Shown: positions 41,458 to 51,152 of the stretch, piece by piece | Layout of the letters: each line of letters starts with the position of its first letter | Position numbering within the stretch: the stretch's first letter is position 1 | NCBI GenBank assembly: GCA_963674755.2 | Contig: CAXXVS010000002.1 | Location: 704,001-768,000, forward strand | DNA from: Desulfobacterales bacterium | GTDB taxonomy: Bacteria > Desulfobacterota > Desulfobacteria > Desulfobacterales > UBA5852 | Length of the DNA: 64,000 nt | Direction: 5' to 3' | Made by a program: the position numbers and the translations under genes | The notes under the pieces: model-generated | Database searches by the model: none | Seen by the model: the letters and a program-made list of their open reading frames with translations, nothing else | Told to the model about the DNA's origin: nothing

Positions 41458-41508
41458 CCGCCCGTCAAACTTGGAGCCGGTAAAAAAGTTTGTCTTGCCA
41501 AATAAATA

Positions 41509-41559
41509 TTGACACGCCATGCCGAGTGTCCTATGAGTTCGTCAACGATAACCTTGACG
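41509..41559 (+). promoter_or_regulatory. Promoter plus palindromic operator upstream of feoA
   Basis: TTGACA-N17-TATGAG then CGTCAA-N8-TTGACG (41540-41559). Confidence 0.45.
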
Positions 41560-41577
41560 TGATCGAATGGGGTAAAC

Positions 41578-41802
41578 ATGCCGCAGATGCCACTCACCAT
41601 GGCTGCCCGGGGAAGCAAAGTCCGCCTGGTGGCGGTCAATGGCGGAAAACAGGTCACCTCCCGGCTGGCCGCCATGGGCCTGCTGCCGGGGGTGGAAGTC
41701 GAGATTATCAGCAATTCCCCGGGTGATCCCTTCATTCTCGATGTCCGGGGCAGTCGGCTGGTTTTGGGGCGCGGCATGGCCCATAAAATTTTTGTCAGTT
41801 GA
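41578..41802 (+). CDS. feoA: FeoA family protein
   Basis: RLAAMGLLPG, GSRLVLGRGMAHKI. Confidence 0.92.
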   Translation: MPQMPLTMAARGSKVRLVAVNGGKQVTSRLAAMGLLPGVEVEIISNSPGDPFILDVRGSRLVLGRGMAHKIFVS

Positions 41803-42141
41803 TCTGACGGGATCCAGTTGCGATCCCCCCACCCATATTCCTATTTCCCTCATGAACAGACATTCTCTACCGAGCCTATGACTTTATGCCCAAGCTTTCT
41901 TTGCAAGGCGGCTGATCAAGCCGTTTTCGGGAAAGATGCGAAGGGAAGAGGGATGTAGTGGTCATCCGGCGATGGTAGATTTTGCTTTCGGCCAAAGCCG
42001 CCGTGATTTGTCCCGCGTTGCGGGACTTTCCGTCTGATCCAACCCCGCTGGGGGTGGAAGCCAAAGGCGTAACCGGGCTACCGCGAGGATTTCCAAAGCG
42101 TTCGCCGGCCGGGGCCCAAAGATGTCATTTATGGAGGTACA

Positions 42142-44328
42142 CTAGGCAAGGCCCAGCAGCTGTCCGCCATTGTATACGATGAAGGACATGATCCAGGCCA
42201 CCAGCGTGGTGTAGCCGACGCTGAAGAACATCCAGCGGTAGGAATTGGACTCCCGGCGAATGGTCGCCACGGTGGCGATGCAGGGGATGTAGAGCAGAAC
42301 GAAAATCATCATGGAAAACGCGGACAGGGGGGTCATGCCCGAATTTAGGAGGGCTTGGCCAAGGGCCGCGGAGCCCTCTTCGTCGACGGCATGCAGAACC
42401 CCCAGGGTGCTGACCACGATTTCTTTGGCCACGAAGCCTGTCAGGAGGGAAACGCCGCCGCGCCAGTCGATGCCGATGGGGGCAAAGACCGGTGCAATGG
42501 CTCTGCCAATCATGCCCATAAAGGAATTGGCGGTTTCCTCGGCCCGCATGGCGCGTTGCATCTCCCGCATGCGCGCCTGCCGTTGCGTTTCCAGCGCGGC
42601 TTTTTCAGCGGGCCCCGCATCGGCGCTCTTTTGGGCATAAGCGGCTTCCAGATGGGCCATGGCCGCCGGGTAGTCATGGCTATAGCGAACGGTGCGGGGA
42701 AACGCGGATAAGGCCCAGATGATGATGGATCCGATCAGGATGATGCCACCCATCTTGCGCAGAAACATTTTGCTGCGGTCCCACATGTGGATCAGCAACG
42801 ATTTGAGCATGGGAACGCGGTAGGGCGGTAGTTCCATGACGAAGGGCGCATCGGCCCCGCGCAGAAGGGTGGTGCGGAAAAGGCGTCCGGAAATGACGGC
42901 GATCAGTATGCCCATAAGGTAGATGATAAAGATGACGCTGCCCGCCCGGGGGCCGAAAAAGGTTCCGGCCAGAATGATATAGATGGGCAGTTTGGCTGAG
43001 CAGGACATGAAGGGGGTGATAAGGATCGTCAACAGGCGGTCCTTTTCACTTTCAAGGGTGCGCGCAGCCATGATGGCGGGCACATTGCAGCCAAAACCCA
43101 TCAGCATCGGGATGAAGGATTTGCCGTGCAGCCCGATTAGATGCATGATTTTATCCATGAGAAAGGCGCAGCGGGACATGTAGCCGGTATCTTCGAATAG
43201 GGCGATGCAAAAAAAAAGGATGAGGATATTCGGTAAAAAAACGATGACGCTGCCCACACCGGCCAGAATACCGTTGATGAGCAGATCCTTGAGCAGGCTT
43301 TCCGGAAGGGCCCGCCCCAGAAAGGTCGCTAACCCGGTTACGCCGGTATCGATCCAGTCCATGGGGTAGGCCCCCAGGGTGAAGGTGAGTTGAAACATGG
43401 CCCAGATAAAAAGGAGGAAAATCGGGAAACCGACGAAGCGATTGGTCAGCACCCTGTCGATATTGCGCGACATGTCGATGCGTTTGCGTGGCGAAGTGGT
43501 GAAGACTTCCTTCATGATGCCGGCAATATAGCCATAACGTTCGTCGGTCAGAACGATTTCCGGATCTTCATTATAGCGCTGCTGAAGGATTTCCCGCCAC
43601 GAAGCCGCCTTTTCCTGCAAAAGGGTGAAGGCCCCTTCCGGCAGCGCCGTTTTGAGGCGGTTCAAAATGACCTGATCGTTTTCGAGAAGTTTGACCGAGG
43701 CCCAGCGCGGCTCGCAAAGCCCTTCAGGCTGGAGATGGGGTGTCAGGAGAAGGATGAGATCGTCGATGGCCGCTTCGACGTCGTTGGAGTAGCGAACCTT
43801 GCGCTCCCTGGACGGCTTCACTTCAGATTCCGCCATTGTGACAGCTTTCTGCAGAAGCGCGTCCACCCCCTGATTCTTGTTTCCGACCGTTTCCAGAACG
43901 GGGACATCGAGGAGTTCCGATAGCTTGGCACAGTCGATTTTAAAGCCCCGGGCACGTGCCACATCGGACATGTTCAAGGCAAAGAGGACGTTGGAGCGGC
44001 CCAACTCACGCAATTGGGTGGCCAGATAAAGGCTTCTTTCAAGGTTGGAGGCATCGATAATGTCGATGACCACATCCGGGCACTCATCAAGGATGTAGTC
44101 GCGCGCGACGATTTCTTCGATCGAAAACGGCGTTAGGCTGTAAATGCCGGGAAGGTCGATAATTTTAAGATCATAGCCGAATTTCTTGATCCGGCCTTCT
44201 TTTTTTTCAACGGTAACCCCCGGCCAGTTGCCAACTTTTTGGCGGGTTCCGGTGATGTTGTTGAAGATCGTGGTCTTGCCCGAATTCGGATTTCCGGCCA
44301 GTGCTATGGTAATCTCCGCATGTGACAT
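42142..44328 (-). CDS. feoB: Ferrous iron transporter B
   Basis: GNPNSGKT, GNWPGVTVE, DLPG, GFGCNVP, MSCSAK, KEIVV. Confidence 0.98.
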   Translation of the reverse strand: MSHAEITIALAGNPNSGKTTIFNNITGTRQKVGNWPGVTVEKKEGRIKKFGYDLKIIDLPGIYSLTPFSIEEIVARDYILDECPDVVIDIIDASNLERSLYLATQLRELGRSNVLFALNMSDVARARGFKIDCAKLSELLDVPVLETVGNKNQGVDALLQKAVTMAESEVKPSRERKVRYSNDVEAAIDDLILLLTPHLQPEGLCEPRWASVKLLENDQVILNRLKTALPEGAFTLLQEKAASWREILQQRYNEDPEIVLTDERYGYIAGIMKEVFTTSPRKRIDMSRNIDRVLTNRFVGFPIFLLFIWAMFQLTFTLGAYPMDWIDTGVTGLATFLGRALPESLLKDLLINGILAGVGSVIVFLPNILILFFCIALFEDTGYMSRCAFLMDKIMHLIGLHGKSFIPMLMGFGCNVPAIMAARTLESEKDRLLTILITPFMSCSAKLPIYIILAGTFFGPRAGSVIFIIYLMGILIAVISGRLFRTTLLRGADAPFVMELPPYRVPMLKSLLIHMWDRSKMFLRKMGGIILIGSIIIWALSAFPRTVRYSHDYPAAMAHLEAAYAQKSADAGPAEKAALETQRQARMREMQRAMRAEETANSFMGMIGRAIAPVFAPIGIDWRGGVSLLTGFVAKEIVVSTLGVLHAVDEEGSAALGQALLNSGMTPLSAFSMMIFVLLYIPCIATVATIRRESNSYRWMFFSVGYTTLVAWIMSFIVYNGGQLLGLA

Positions 44329-44337
44329 CGAATCGGG

Positions 44338-44589
44338 CTACTCCACTATTTCAACGGTAATTTCCGAGGCCTCTTCCACACGAAGGGAAATATGAAACCC
44401 CTTGACGATGATTTCCAAGGGATCCCGCAGGGGAGCGTATTTTTCAACCAGCAGCTCGGTGCCTTTGGTCATCCCCATTTCCAGAATGCGGCGGCGTAGT
44501 GCGCCGCTGCCACCTACGGCGACGATGCGGGCCCGCTGCCCTTCGGCGATTTTGCTGAGTCGCGTGGCATTAATATCCGGATGATTCAT
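44338..44589 (-). CDS. feoA: FeoA family protein
   Basis: RRILEMG, APLRDP, ISLRVEEA. Confidence 0.95.
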   Translation of the reverse strand: MNHPDINATRLSKIAEGQRARIVAVGGSGALRRRILEMGMTKGTELLVEKYAPLRDPLEIIVKGFHISLRVEEASEITVEIVE

Positions 44590-44828
44590 ATATCCTGTCT
44601 CGCACAGCGCTGAATGGTGGTCAATGCAACGGCATCAAACTGGCGTATATGGGGGAAAAAAAACTTTTTTGCAATATATTTTTGGATACGTGAACTTTTT
44701 TTGCGGGTTTAAATAAATTTAAAAAAGTAAATATTAAAGATAGTTGGATACGTTTTGGGGATGGCGGGGCGGGAATATGGCGATATTTTCAGGGCGGAAA
44801 ACTGGCATCGTAAAAAAATGTAACTATT

Positions 44829-44882
44829 CTACAATCGTGGTCTCAATAGGATCATTGAAAGCAACTGCCATATTGCTTTCAT
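44829..44882 (-). CDS. Candidate 17-aa peptide MKAIWQLLSMILLRPRL
   Basis: GGAGGAAGGAGGT SD directly before ATG; below the ORF-track cutoff. Confidence 0.45.
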   Translation of the reverse strand: MKAIWQLLSMILLRPRL

Positions 44883-45082
44883 CTTACCTCCTTCCTCCAT
44901 AGCGGCTCCGGGCAACCGGAGCCGCAAACTTTTCGGGCGGCACCACGCCCTGGGTGTCCCAAAACCGAACGGTTTCCCCCAGATGGACGGGCGATCTTCC
45001 TCTCAGGCGGCAATGGCCCTGCGACATCATTCCTAAGCCGCGCCGCCGTGACTCAGACCGAATTTCCTCTGCCGGTTGCCTG

Positions 45083-45322
45083 TCAAGCGGTCATTGTGCT
45101 GACACAACAGGGATCGGCATCGTTGATGGAATTGGAGTAATGCTTGCATATCGGGCAGAACTTACGGGGGATACCCCTGCCGGTCCACAGGAGCTTCACG
45201 CGGTGGCGTGTACCGCATTTGGGACAGATGCATTCCGTCGATTTTTCACTGAGACAAATGGACTGGATACACTCGATTCCCTTTTCGGCATCACTGTTTC
45301 CCTTTTCTGTCTTCACTGTCAT
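45083..45322 (-). CDS. Small Cys-rich zinc-ribbon protein
   Basis: CICPKCG..H..W.GRG.PRKFCPIC; GGAG SD. Confidence 0.7.
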   Translation of the reverse strand: MTVKTEKGNSDAEKGIECIQSICLSEKSTECICPKCGTRHRVKLLWTGRGIPRKFCPICKHYSNSINDADPCCVSTMTA

Positions 45323-45471
45323 TTCTCCACGCTAAAGTTTGGGGTGGGGAGGCCGATGGGCCCCGCGCTGGCCGATATACAGTAAAAATTGAAGCCGATT
45401 GCCATGTCACCGCTGCATGGCGCTAAATGAGACGACGATCCGAAAAGACAAATGAAAACGACGGACGCTAT

Positions 45472-45735
45472 TCAGCAATAACGGGCGCCGGCCCCGTAGC
45501 GACACTCTGTGGTTTTGCCTTCCAGGGACTTTGACCAGCGGACCTCTGCGCAACAGCCGCCACCATCGGGACACGCCAGGGTCGCTTCATTGCGTATTCT
45601 TACGATGACGCCCTGACTGACATCCCAATTCGATTCGAAATAAAGGCCGTTCTTGCTGTAATTCATGACCATGGCGCCGATCAGATCGCCTTCCTGCGTT
45701 TCCAAAATGACGGGTTCTTCATGAGTGAAGCGCAT
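45472..45735 (-). CDS. Stand-alone PilZ-like protein
   Basis: RF..., NYSKNGLYF, EVRW, YGAGARY; start uncertain (an upstream start would add EKRLAMR, the RxxxR motif). Confidence 0.7.
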   Translation of the reverse strand: MRFTHEEPVILETQEGDLIGAMVMNYSKNGLYFESNWDVSQGVIVRIRNEATLACPDGGGCCAEVRWSKSLEGKTTECRYGAGARYC

Positions 45736-45845
45736 GGCAAGCCGTTTTTCCTTAGGCGGCGTTGCCTGGCATTCCCCCTGGTCGTGAAATGAGCAAAAGT
45801 TCGCTTCATGGAGTCGTCTTGCGCATAATAGTCCCGCGCTTCGGG

Positions 45846-46004
45846 TCATGATCTGATTCCTTTCTTCTCATATTTGCGCACCAAGTCTGCGATCGCCTCC
45901 TCCAACAGAACACCAAGCGATTTATCCGTATCCACCGCGAGATGCTTCAACGCCTTGATCCGGCCTTCATCAACCCGGGTGGAAAATGTCTTTTTTTGCG
46001 CCAT
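45846..46004 (-). CDS. Ribbon-helix-helix DNA-binding protein
   Basis: KKTFSTRVD beta-ribbon followed by two helices (LLEEAIADLVRKY). Confidence 0.8.
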   Translation of the reverse strand: MAQKKTFSTRVDEGRIKALKHLAVDTDKSLGVLLEEAIADLVRKYEKKGIRS

Positions 46005-46010
46005 GTAAGA

Positions 46011-46092
46011 ATTAATACAATAAATAAAACAATAAAACAATAAAAAAATATATAAAAATATAACAAATAAAATAAAATAATAAAAATATAAT
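46011..46092. repeat. G-free A-rich degenerate tandem array
   Basis: 82 nt without a G on the plus strand; repeats of aataaaac/aataaaat-like units. Confidence 0.85.
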
Positions 46093-46741
46093 GTCAGAAA
46101 TCTTACAACAAAAATTGTAAGCATTCAACTGGGAATTCAGTTCGATAGTCTGTACCGGCCGATTTCATCCTATTCACCGAGGACGTGCTGGGAATCGTTG
46201 GTGAATTTCAACGGAGAAGGCGACAAGGGAAAAAAGACCGGAAAGACGATGAGGGTTCCGCAATGGAAACGGCGTTGTTTGCGGTCTTGCCAATTATGGC
46301 TGGTTTACGTTACTCAGCAGGCATCACCACGAAGTTTGGAAAAGCCCTCGATGCCGCCGGACATGGGTTTGCCGAAGGTTGCTTCTTGAACGGACGAGTT
46401 CGATGGCCGGTGTAAAGGGAGGGAATCGCCTTTCAATATTAGGGCCTGGACCTGATAGCGATGGCGCGCCACAATCGTTAAGAAAACGGCCTGTTGAAAC
46501 GGGTGTCGTGGCAAATGGTCAAACGGTTTGCGGCCGGTCATTCCGGGACCCATGAGGCGTGAAGGCGAATGCCTGTCCGGATGACGCGGGTCAACGTCCC
46601 GATTTTACCTGCGGGATTGCCCTATTGGCCGGTGCGCACCACCTGTTCTGCTTTGCGATAGGTCTTTTGCACTCGGATGCATTGGCTGAAATTGCATTTG
46701 CAGAACACTTCTATCCACAAAACAAAAAAGATGGGTGATCC

Positions 46742-48133
46742 GTGACTGCAACAAATCCAACTAAGGAAGGTGATCAAGGCGCAACGCCATCCGCTGGGGA
46801 GACCGCGTTCCACGAGAAATACAGCGTGAGTTCGGGCCGCAGAAAAAAATTCTTGTGGGGCATAGCCGGCATTGTTTCCCTGGCGGTACTGGTTTTCGCC
46901 GTATCCGAATATATTTATGCGAGGGCGCATGAGGCCACCGACGATGCCTTTATCGATGGTAATATTGTCCCGCTCAGTCCGAGGGTGAACGGACACGTGG
47001 TCAAGGTCTACGTGCACGACAACCAATGGGTCGCGACCGGCGATTTGATCGTGGCGTTGGATCCCCGCGATTTCCAGGCGCGGTTTGATGCGGCCGAAGC
47101 GGCGCTCAAAGCGGCTCGGGCCGCTTATCAGGCTCAAAACGCCGGCGCGGAACTGACTCAGATTACCGCCACGGCGGATCAGGATGAGGCCCGCGAAGGG
47201 GTGACGGCGGCCCTATCCGCGGTTCAGGAATCCGAGGCTCAGTTGACCCTGGCCCAGGCGGCCCTTGACCAGGCCGGCGCCGAAGCCGATGCGGCCCATG
47301 TGCGGCATCAGCGTGACGCCACCGATCTGGAGCGGTATCGCCAGGTGGCCGAGACCCAGGCCGTTTCGGCCCAGGAATTGGACCACGTGCGTGCCGCCGC
47401 GCAGATTGCCGCGGCTGATCTGGCGGCGGCCCGCAAGAAGGTTGCAACGCAACAGGCGAAGGTGCGGCAAACCGAAGCCATGCTGGCCGCATCGAGGGCC
47501 CAGCTTCTGCAAGCCCGGGCACGTCTGGCAGCGGCGCAGTCCGCACCGCAACGCATCCAGCAGAGCCGCTCCCAGGCCAATGTGTCCCAGGCTGATATCG
47601 ACAAGGCCGGAGCTGAAATGACCCAGGCTCGTCTGGCGTTGTCCTACACAAAAATCTATGCGCCGCGCGACGGTTTTGTGACCAAGAAGAGCGTTGAACC
47701 GGGCCAGTTCGTGCAGGCCGGGCAATCGATTCTGGCGATCGTACCACGCCAGGTATGGGTTACGGCCAATTTCAAAGAGACCCAGCTTACCCGCATGCAG
47801 CCCGGTCAGCCGGTCGAAATCACGGTGGATGCCTACCCGGACCTGGTTTTTCATGGCCATGTGGACAGCCTCCAGCACGGTACGGGAGCCCGCTTCAGCC
47901 TCCTGCCGCCGGAAAATGCCACCGGCAACTATGTCAAGGTCGTCCAACGGGTGCCGGTCAAGATTGTCTTCAGTCAGCCTGAAGAAATCGCCCAGGTCCT
48001 CCTGGCACCGGGAATGTCGGTGGTGCCGGAGGTGAATGTCAGTGCCGAAGGGCGTAAGGACAAGGCGTATGACGATGGGGCCAACGATAAACGGTCGTCC
48101 CCGATGACAAAAGGATCGGCGCCGGCATCATGA
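46742..48133 (+). CDS. EmrA/HlyD membrane fusion protein
   Basis: TDDAFIDG, ANFKETQL, LLPPENATGNYVKVVQRVPV. Confidence 0.95.
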   Translation: MTATNPTKEGDQGATPSAGETAFHEKYSVSSGRRKKFLWGIAGIVSLAVLVFAVSEYIYARAHEATDDAFIDGNIVPLSPRVNGHVVKVYVHDNQWVATGDLIVALDPRDFQARFDAAEAALKAARAAYQAQNAGAELTQITATADQDEAREGVTAALSAVQESEAQLTLAQAALDQAGAEADAAHVRHQRDATDLERYRQVAETQAVSAQELDHVRAAAQIAAADLAAARKKVATQQAKVRQTEAMLAASRAQLLQARARLAAAQSAPQRIQQSRSQANVSQADIDKAGAEMTQARLALSYTKIYAPRDGFVTKKSVEPGQFVQAGQSILAIVPRQVWVTANFKETQLTRMQPGQPVEITVDAYPDLVFHGHVDSLQHGTGARFSLLPPENATGNYVKVVQRVPVKIVFSQPEEIAQVLLAPGMSVVPEVNVSAEGRKDKAYDDGANDKRSSPMTKGSAPAS

Positions 48134-49701
48134 CAGACCCTTCCGCACAAACCGATCCCGCTCCGGTCGTCCACGTCAACAAATGGCTGATGGCCGTCAC
48201 CGTCATGTTCGGTGCGTTCATCGCGGTGATGGACATCAGCGTCGTCAATGTGGCCATGCCGCACATGATGGGTTCTTTTTCCGAAGATCTGTCGTCCATC
48301 ACCTGGGTCGCCACGGCCTACAGCATCGCGGAAATTATCATGGTCACGATGGCCGGTTGGTTCAGCACCTTGATCGGCCGCAAACGGCTTTATTTATGGT
48401 CGATCGGGCTGTTTACGCTGGGCTCCGTTCTTTGCGGAACAGCGGTGACGTTTCCCCAAATGCTTTGCTACCGGGTTCTGCAGGGCCTGGGCGGCGGCTC
48501 CCTGATTCCGGTTTCCCAGGCCATCCTACGGGAATCCTTCCCCCAGGAGGAGCAGGGGATGGCCATGGCCATCTTCGGCATGGGGGTTGTACTGGCACCG
48601 GCCATCGGACCCATTGTGGGGGGCTGGCTGACGGACAACTACGGCTGGCCATGGATTTTTTTCATCAACATTCCGGTCAGTATCATCGGAATCCTCATGG
48701 TCGGTGCTTTTGTCCATGACCCCTCTTATCTGCGCCGGGGCGTGCGAAAAATCGACTGGCTTGGCATCAGCCTGCTGGCTGTCGCGCTCACCAGCATGCA
48801 GGTCGTTCTGGAACGGGGTCAGCGCGAGAACTGGTTTGATTCACGTCTGATCATCTTCGGGACCGTCATCTGCGTGGGGGCCCTGATCGCTCTGATCTAC
48901 TGGGAGCTAAAAACGGCGGAGCCGGTGATCAACCTCCGGATTTTGCGCAATTTACCACTCACTCTCGGATCGGCCATGGGAATTATCTTCGGCGTGGCGC
49001 TCTTCGGCACCACCTTCATCCTACCCCAGTTTACCCAGGACCTACTGGGGTACCCCGCCTTCCAGGCCGGGCTGGTGCTGGCCCCGCGGGCCTTCATGCT
49101 GATGCTCTGCATGCCCGTCGTGGGGCGCCTCTACAACCACGTCGATGCGCGAATCCTGGTGCTGGTGGGAGTAGGGGTCACTTTCTGGTCCTATTATGAT
49201 TTGGCGGGACTTTCCCTTGCGGCGGGATTTTGGAGCCTCGTACCCATCTTGCTGATCATGGGTATCGGCATGCCGTTTATGTTCGTCACCCTGAGCACGC
49301 TTTCCCTGGGCACGGTGCCGCGGTCGGATATGACCGATGCCGCCAGCATCTATACCCTGGCACGCCGGATCGGCGGCAACATCGGCTATGCACTGGCCGC
49401 CACCATGGTGGCGCGCGGCCAGCAGATTCATCGCGCCTACCTGGTCGAGCACGTCAATCCCTTCAACCCTATTTTTTCTGAGTTTTACCGAACCGCCGGC
49501 AATCTGCTGGGGCACGCAGGGCTTACGACCCCGAACATACCGCTCATGGTTGAGGCGCTAACGAACCGGATCGTGAATATGCAGGCCACCATGCAGGCGT
49601 ATAACGACGTTTCCTGGCTCTTCGGCCTTTTATTTCTAGGCACCATACCCCTGGTGCTCCTCCTGCCGGGGCGGGCCGCACTGGAGGGCAAATCCTCCTG
49701 A
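48130..49701 (+). CDS. EmrB/QacA DHA2 MFS efflux permease
   Basis: MDISVVNVAMP, RVLQGLGGG, LAPAIGP.VGGWLTD, WIFFINIP. Confidence 0.95.
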   Translation: MTDPSAQTDPAPVVHVNKWLMAVTVMFGAFIAVMDISVVNVAMPHMMGSFSEDLSSITWVATAYSIAEIIMVTMAGWFSTLIGRKRLYLWSIGLFTLGSVLCGTAVTFPQMLCYRVLQGLGGGSLIPVSQAILRESFPQEEQGMAMAIFGMGVVLAPAIGPIVGGWLTDNYGWPWIFFINIPVSIIGILMVGAFVHDPSYLRRGVRKIDWLGISLLAVALTSMQVVLERGQRENWFDSRLIIFGTVICVGALIALIYWELKTAEPVINLRILRNLPLTLGSAMGIIFGVALFGTTFILPQFTQDLLGYPAFQAGLVLAPRAFMLMLCMPVVGRLYNHVDARILVLVGVGVTFWSYYDLAGLSLAAGFWSLVPILLIMGIGMPFMFVTLSTLSLGTVPRSDMTDAASIYTLARRIGGNIGYALAATMVARGQQIHRAYLVEHVNPFNPIFSEFYRTAGNLLGHAGLTTPNIPLMVEALTNRIVNMQATMQAYNDVSWLFGLLFLGTIPLVLLLPGRAALEGKSS

Positions 49702-49746
49702 TGACGCCCCCTGATGGCGCCATGGATAGAAAAGGAGATATTCTCA

Positions 49747-50943
49747 ATGGGAGACGCTATGGATAACATGATCTGGATGTCCGGGCATGAACGGCTTGTG
49801 GATGACATTGTGCGCGCTGCGAACTGCTCGCTCTACGATGCGGAGGGAAAGCGCTATGTGGATCTGGAGTCCGGCGTCTGGTGCACGCCGATCGGGCACG
49901 CCCATCCGGCCGTGTTGCGCGCCATGGCCGACCAGGCCGCCCGCATCGTGCATAGCGGTTTCTGCTACGGCAATCCCGGCGTTGCGGCCGCCGCTGCCGC
50001 GGTCCTGGAACTGCACGGCATGACAGGGGGCCGATGCGTCTTCCTGTGTTCAGGCAGCGAGGCCGTGGAATACGGGGTGCGTGTAGCGCAGCATCTCAGC
50101 GACCGGCCCCTGTTGATGACCATGCACGATTCCTATTTCGGCGCCTATGGGTCGGCCCACCGCCGGGAGGCCGCAAGCTGGTTTTCCTTCGATTGGAGCG
50201 ATTGCGCCCGTTGCGGACATACGGACGCCTGCCGTCACTCCTGCGCGCGCTGGGCGGCGATTCCCTTCGAGCGCATCGGTGGTTTCCTTTTCGAGCCGGG
50301 CAGTTCCTCTGGACTGGTGCGCTTTCCGCCCGCCAACCTGATCCGCAGCATCGTCCGGGAGATCAAAACCCGGGGTGGTTTTCTGCTCGTCAACGAAGTC
50401 ACCACCGGTATGGGACGCACCGGCGAATGGTTCGGCTACCAGCACTACGGCCTGAGACCCGATATCGTGGCCATGGGCAAGGGCCTCGGCAACGGCTACC
50501 CGGTCAGCGCCACCGCACTGGCCCCTCCCATGGCCGAATGCCTTGCAGCGCAGCCCGTCCCCTACGCCCAATCCCACATGAACGATCCCTTGGGGGCTGT
50601 CGTGGCGTCCACGGTCATCGAAGTGATTCGTGAAGAGAGGCTAATCGAGCGGGGGCGGGAGATTGCCGCCCTGCTGGCGGAGGGATTGGCGCGCATCCAG
50701 GCCAAGTCGGGCCGCATCCAGGCGATACGCTGGCGCGGCCCCATGATGGCGGTGGAACTGCGCGACGACGATCAGGCCCGCCGGACGACCCGCGTCCACC
50801 GGGAACTGGTCAGGCGCGGCTACATCATGGCCCAGCGGCCGGGCTTGAACGTGCTGCGGCTGGACCCCAGCCTTACCATCGAAAAGCGCGACATCGAGGG
50901 CTTCCTCAAGGTCTTCGAAGACGTTTTGGCGCACGATGCCTAA
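49747..50943 (+). CDS. Class III aminotransferase
   Basis: SGSEAVE, NEVTTGMGRTG, GKGLGNG. Confidence 0.9.
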   Translation: MGDAMDNMIWMSGHERLVDDIVRAANCSLYDAEGKRYVDLESGVWCTPIGHAHPAVLRAMADQAARIVHSGFCYGNPGVAAAAAAVLELHGMTGGRCVFLCSGSEAVEYGVRVAQHLSDRPLLMTMHDSYFGAYGSAHRREAASWFSFDWSDCARCGHTDACRHSCARWAAIPFERIGGFLFEPGSSSGLVRFPPANLIRSIVREIKTRGGFLLVNEVTTGMGRTGEWFGYQHYGLRPDIVAMGKGLGNGYPVSATALAPPMAECLAAQPVPYAQSHMNDPLGAVVASTVIEVIREERLIERGREIAALLAEGLARIQAKSGRIQAIRWRGPMMAVELRDDDQARRTTRVHRELVRRGYIMAQRPGLNVLRLDPSLTIEKRDIEGFLKVFEDVLAHDA

Positions 50944-51152
50944 AAGATGGATGCGGAAGGAAGCCGGCTTGCGCATGGCGCCGATTCAACGGCTGGCTTT
51001 TGGGCGGCGGCGCGGGCCTTCCCGGCTCCGCAACAGAATGGGGTGACGACAATATAGGACTGGCGGCAAGAAACCAGCAGTAGGTAAGTCGCGCGAGTGC
51101 TTAATGCGCGATCAACAGGTCGGCGGCTTCTTCCCCGGTTGCTCTTGCAGGG

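Noticed and set aside
45818..45845. dif-like tgcgcataat
   Set aside because: Only a partial XerC arm, no XerD arm.
46005..46124. Hydrophobic N-terminal extension of the RHH ORF (apparent TM)
   Set aside because: It is the translation of the T-rich strand of the low-complexity array; the likely start is Met 46004.
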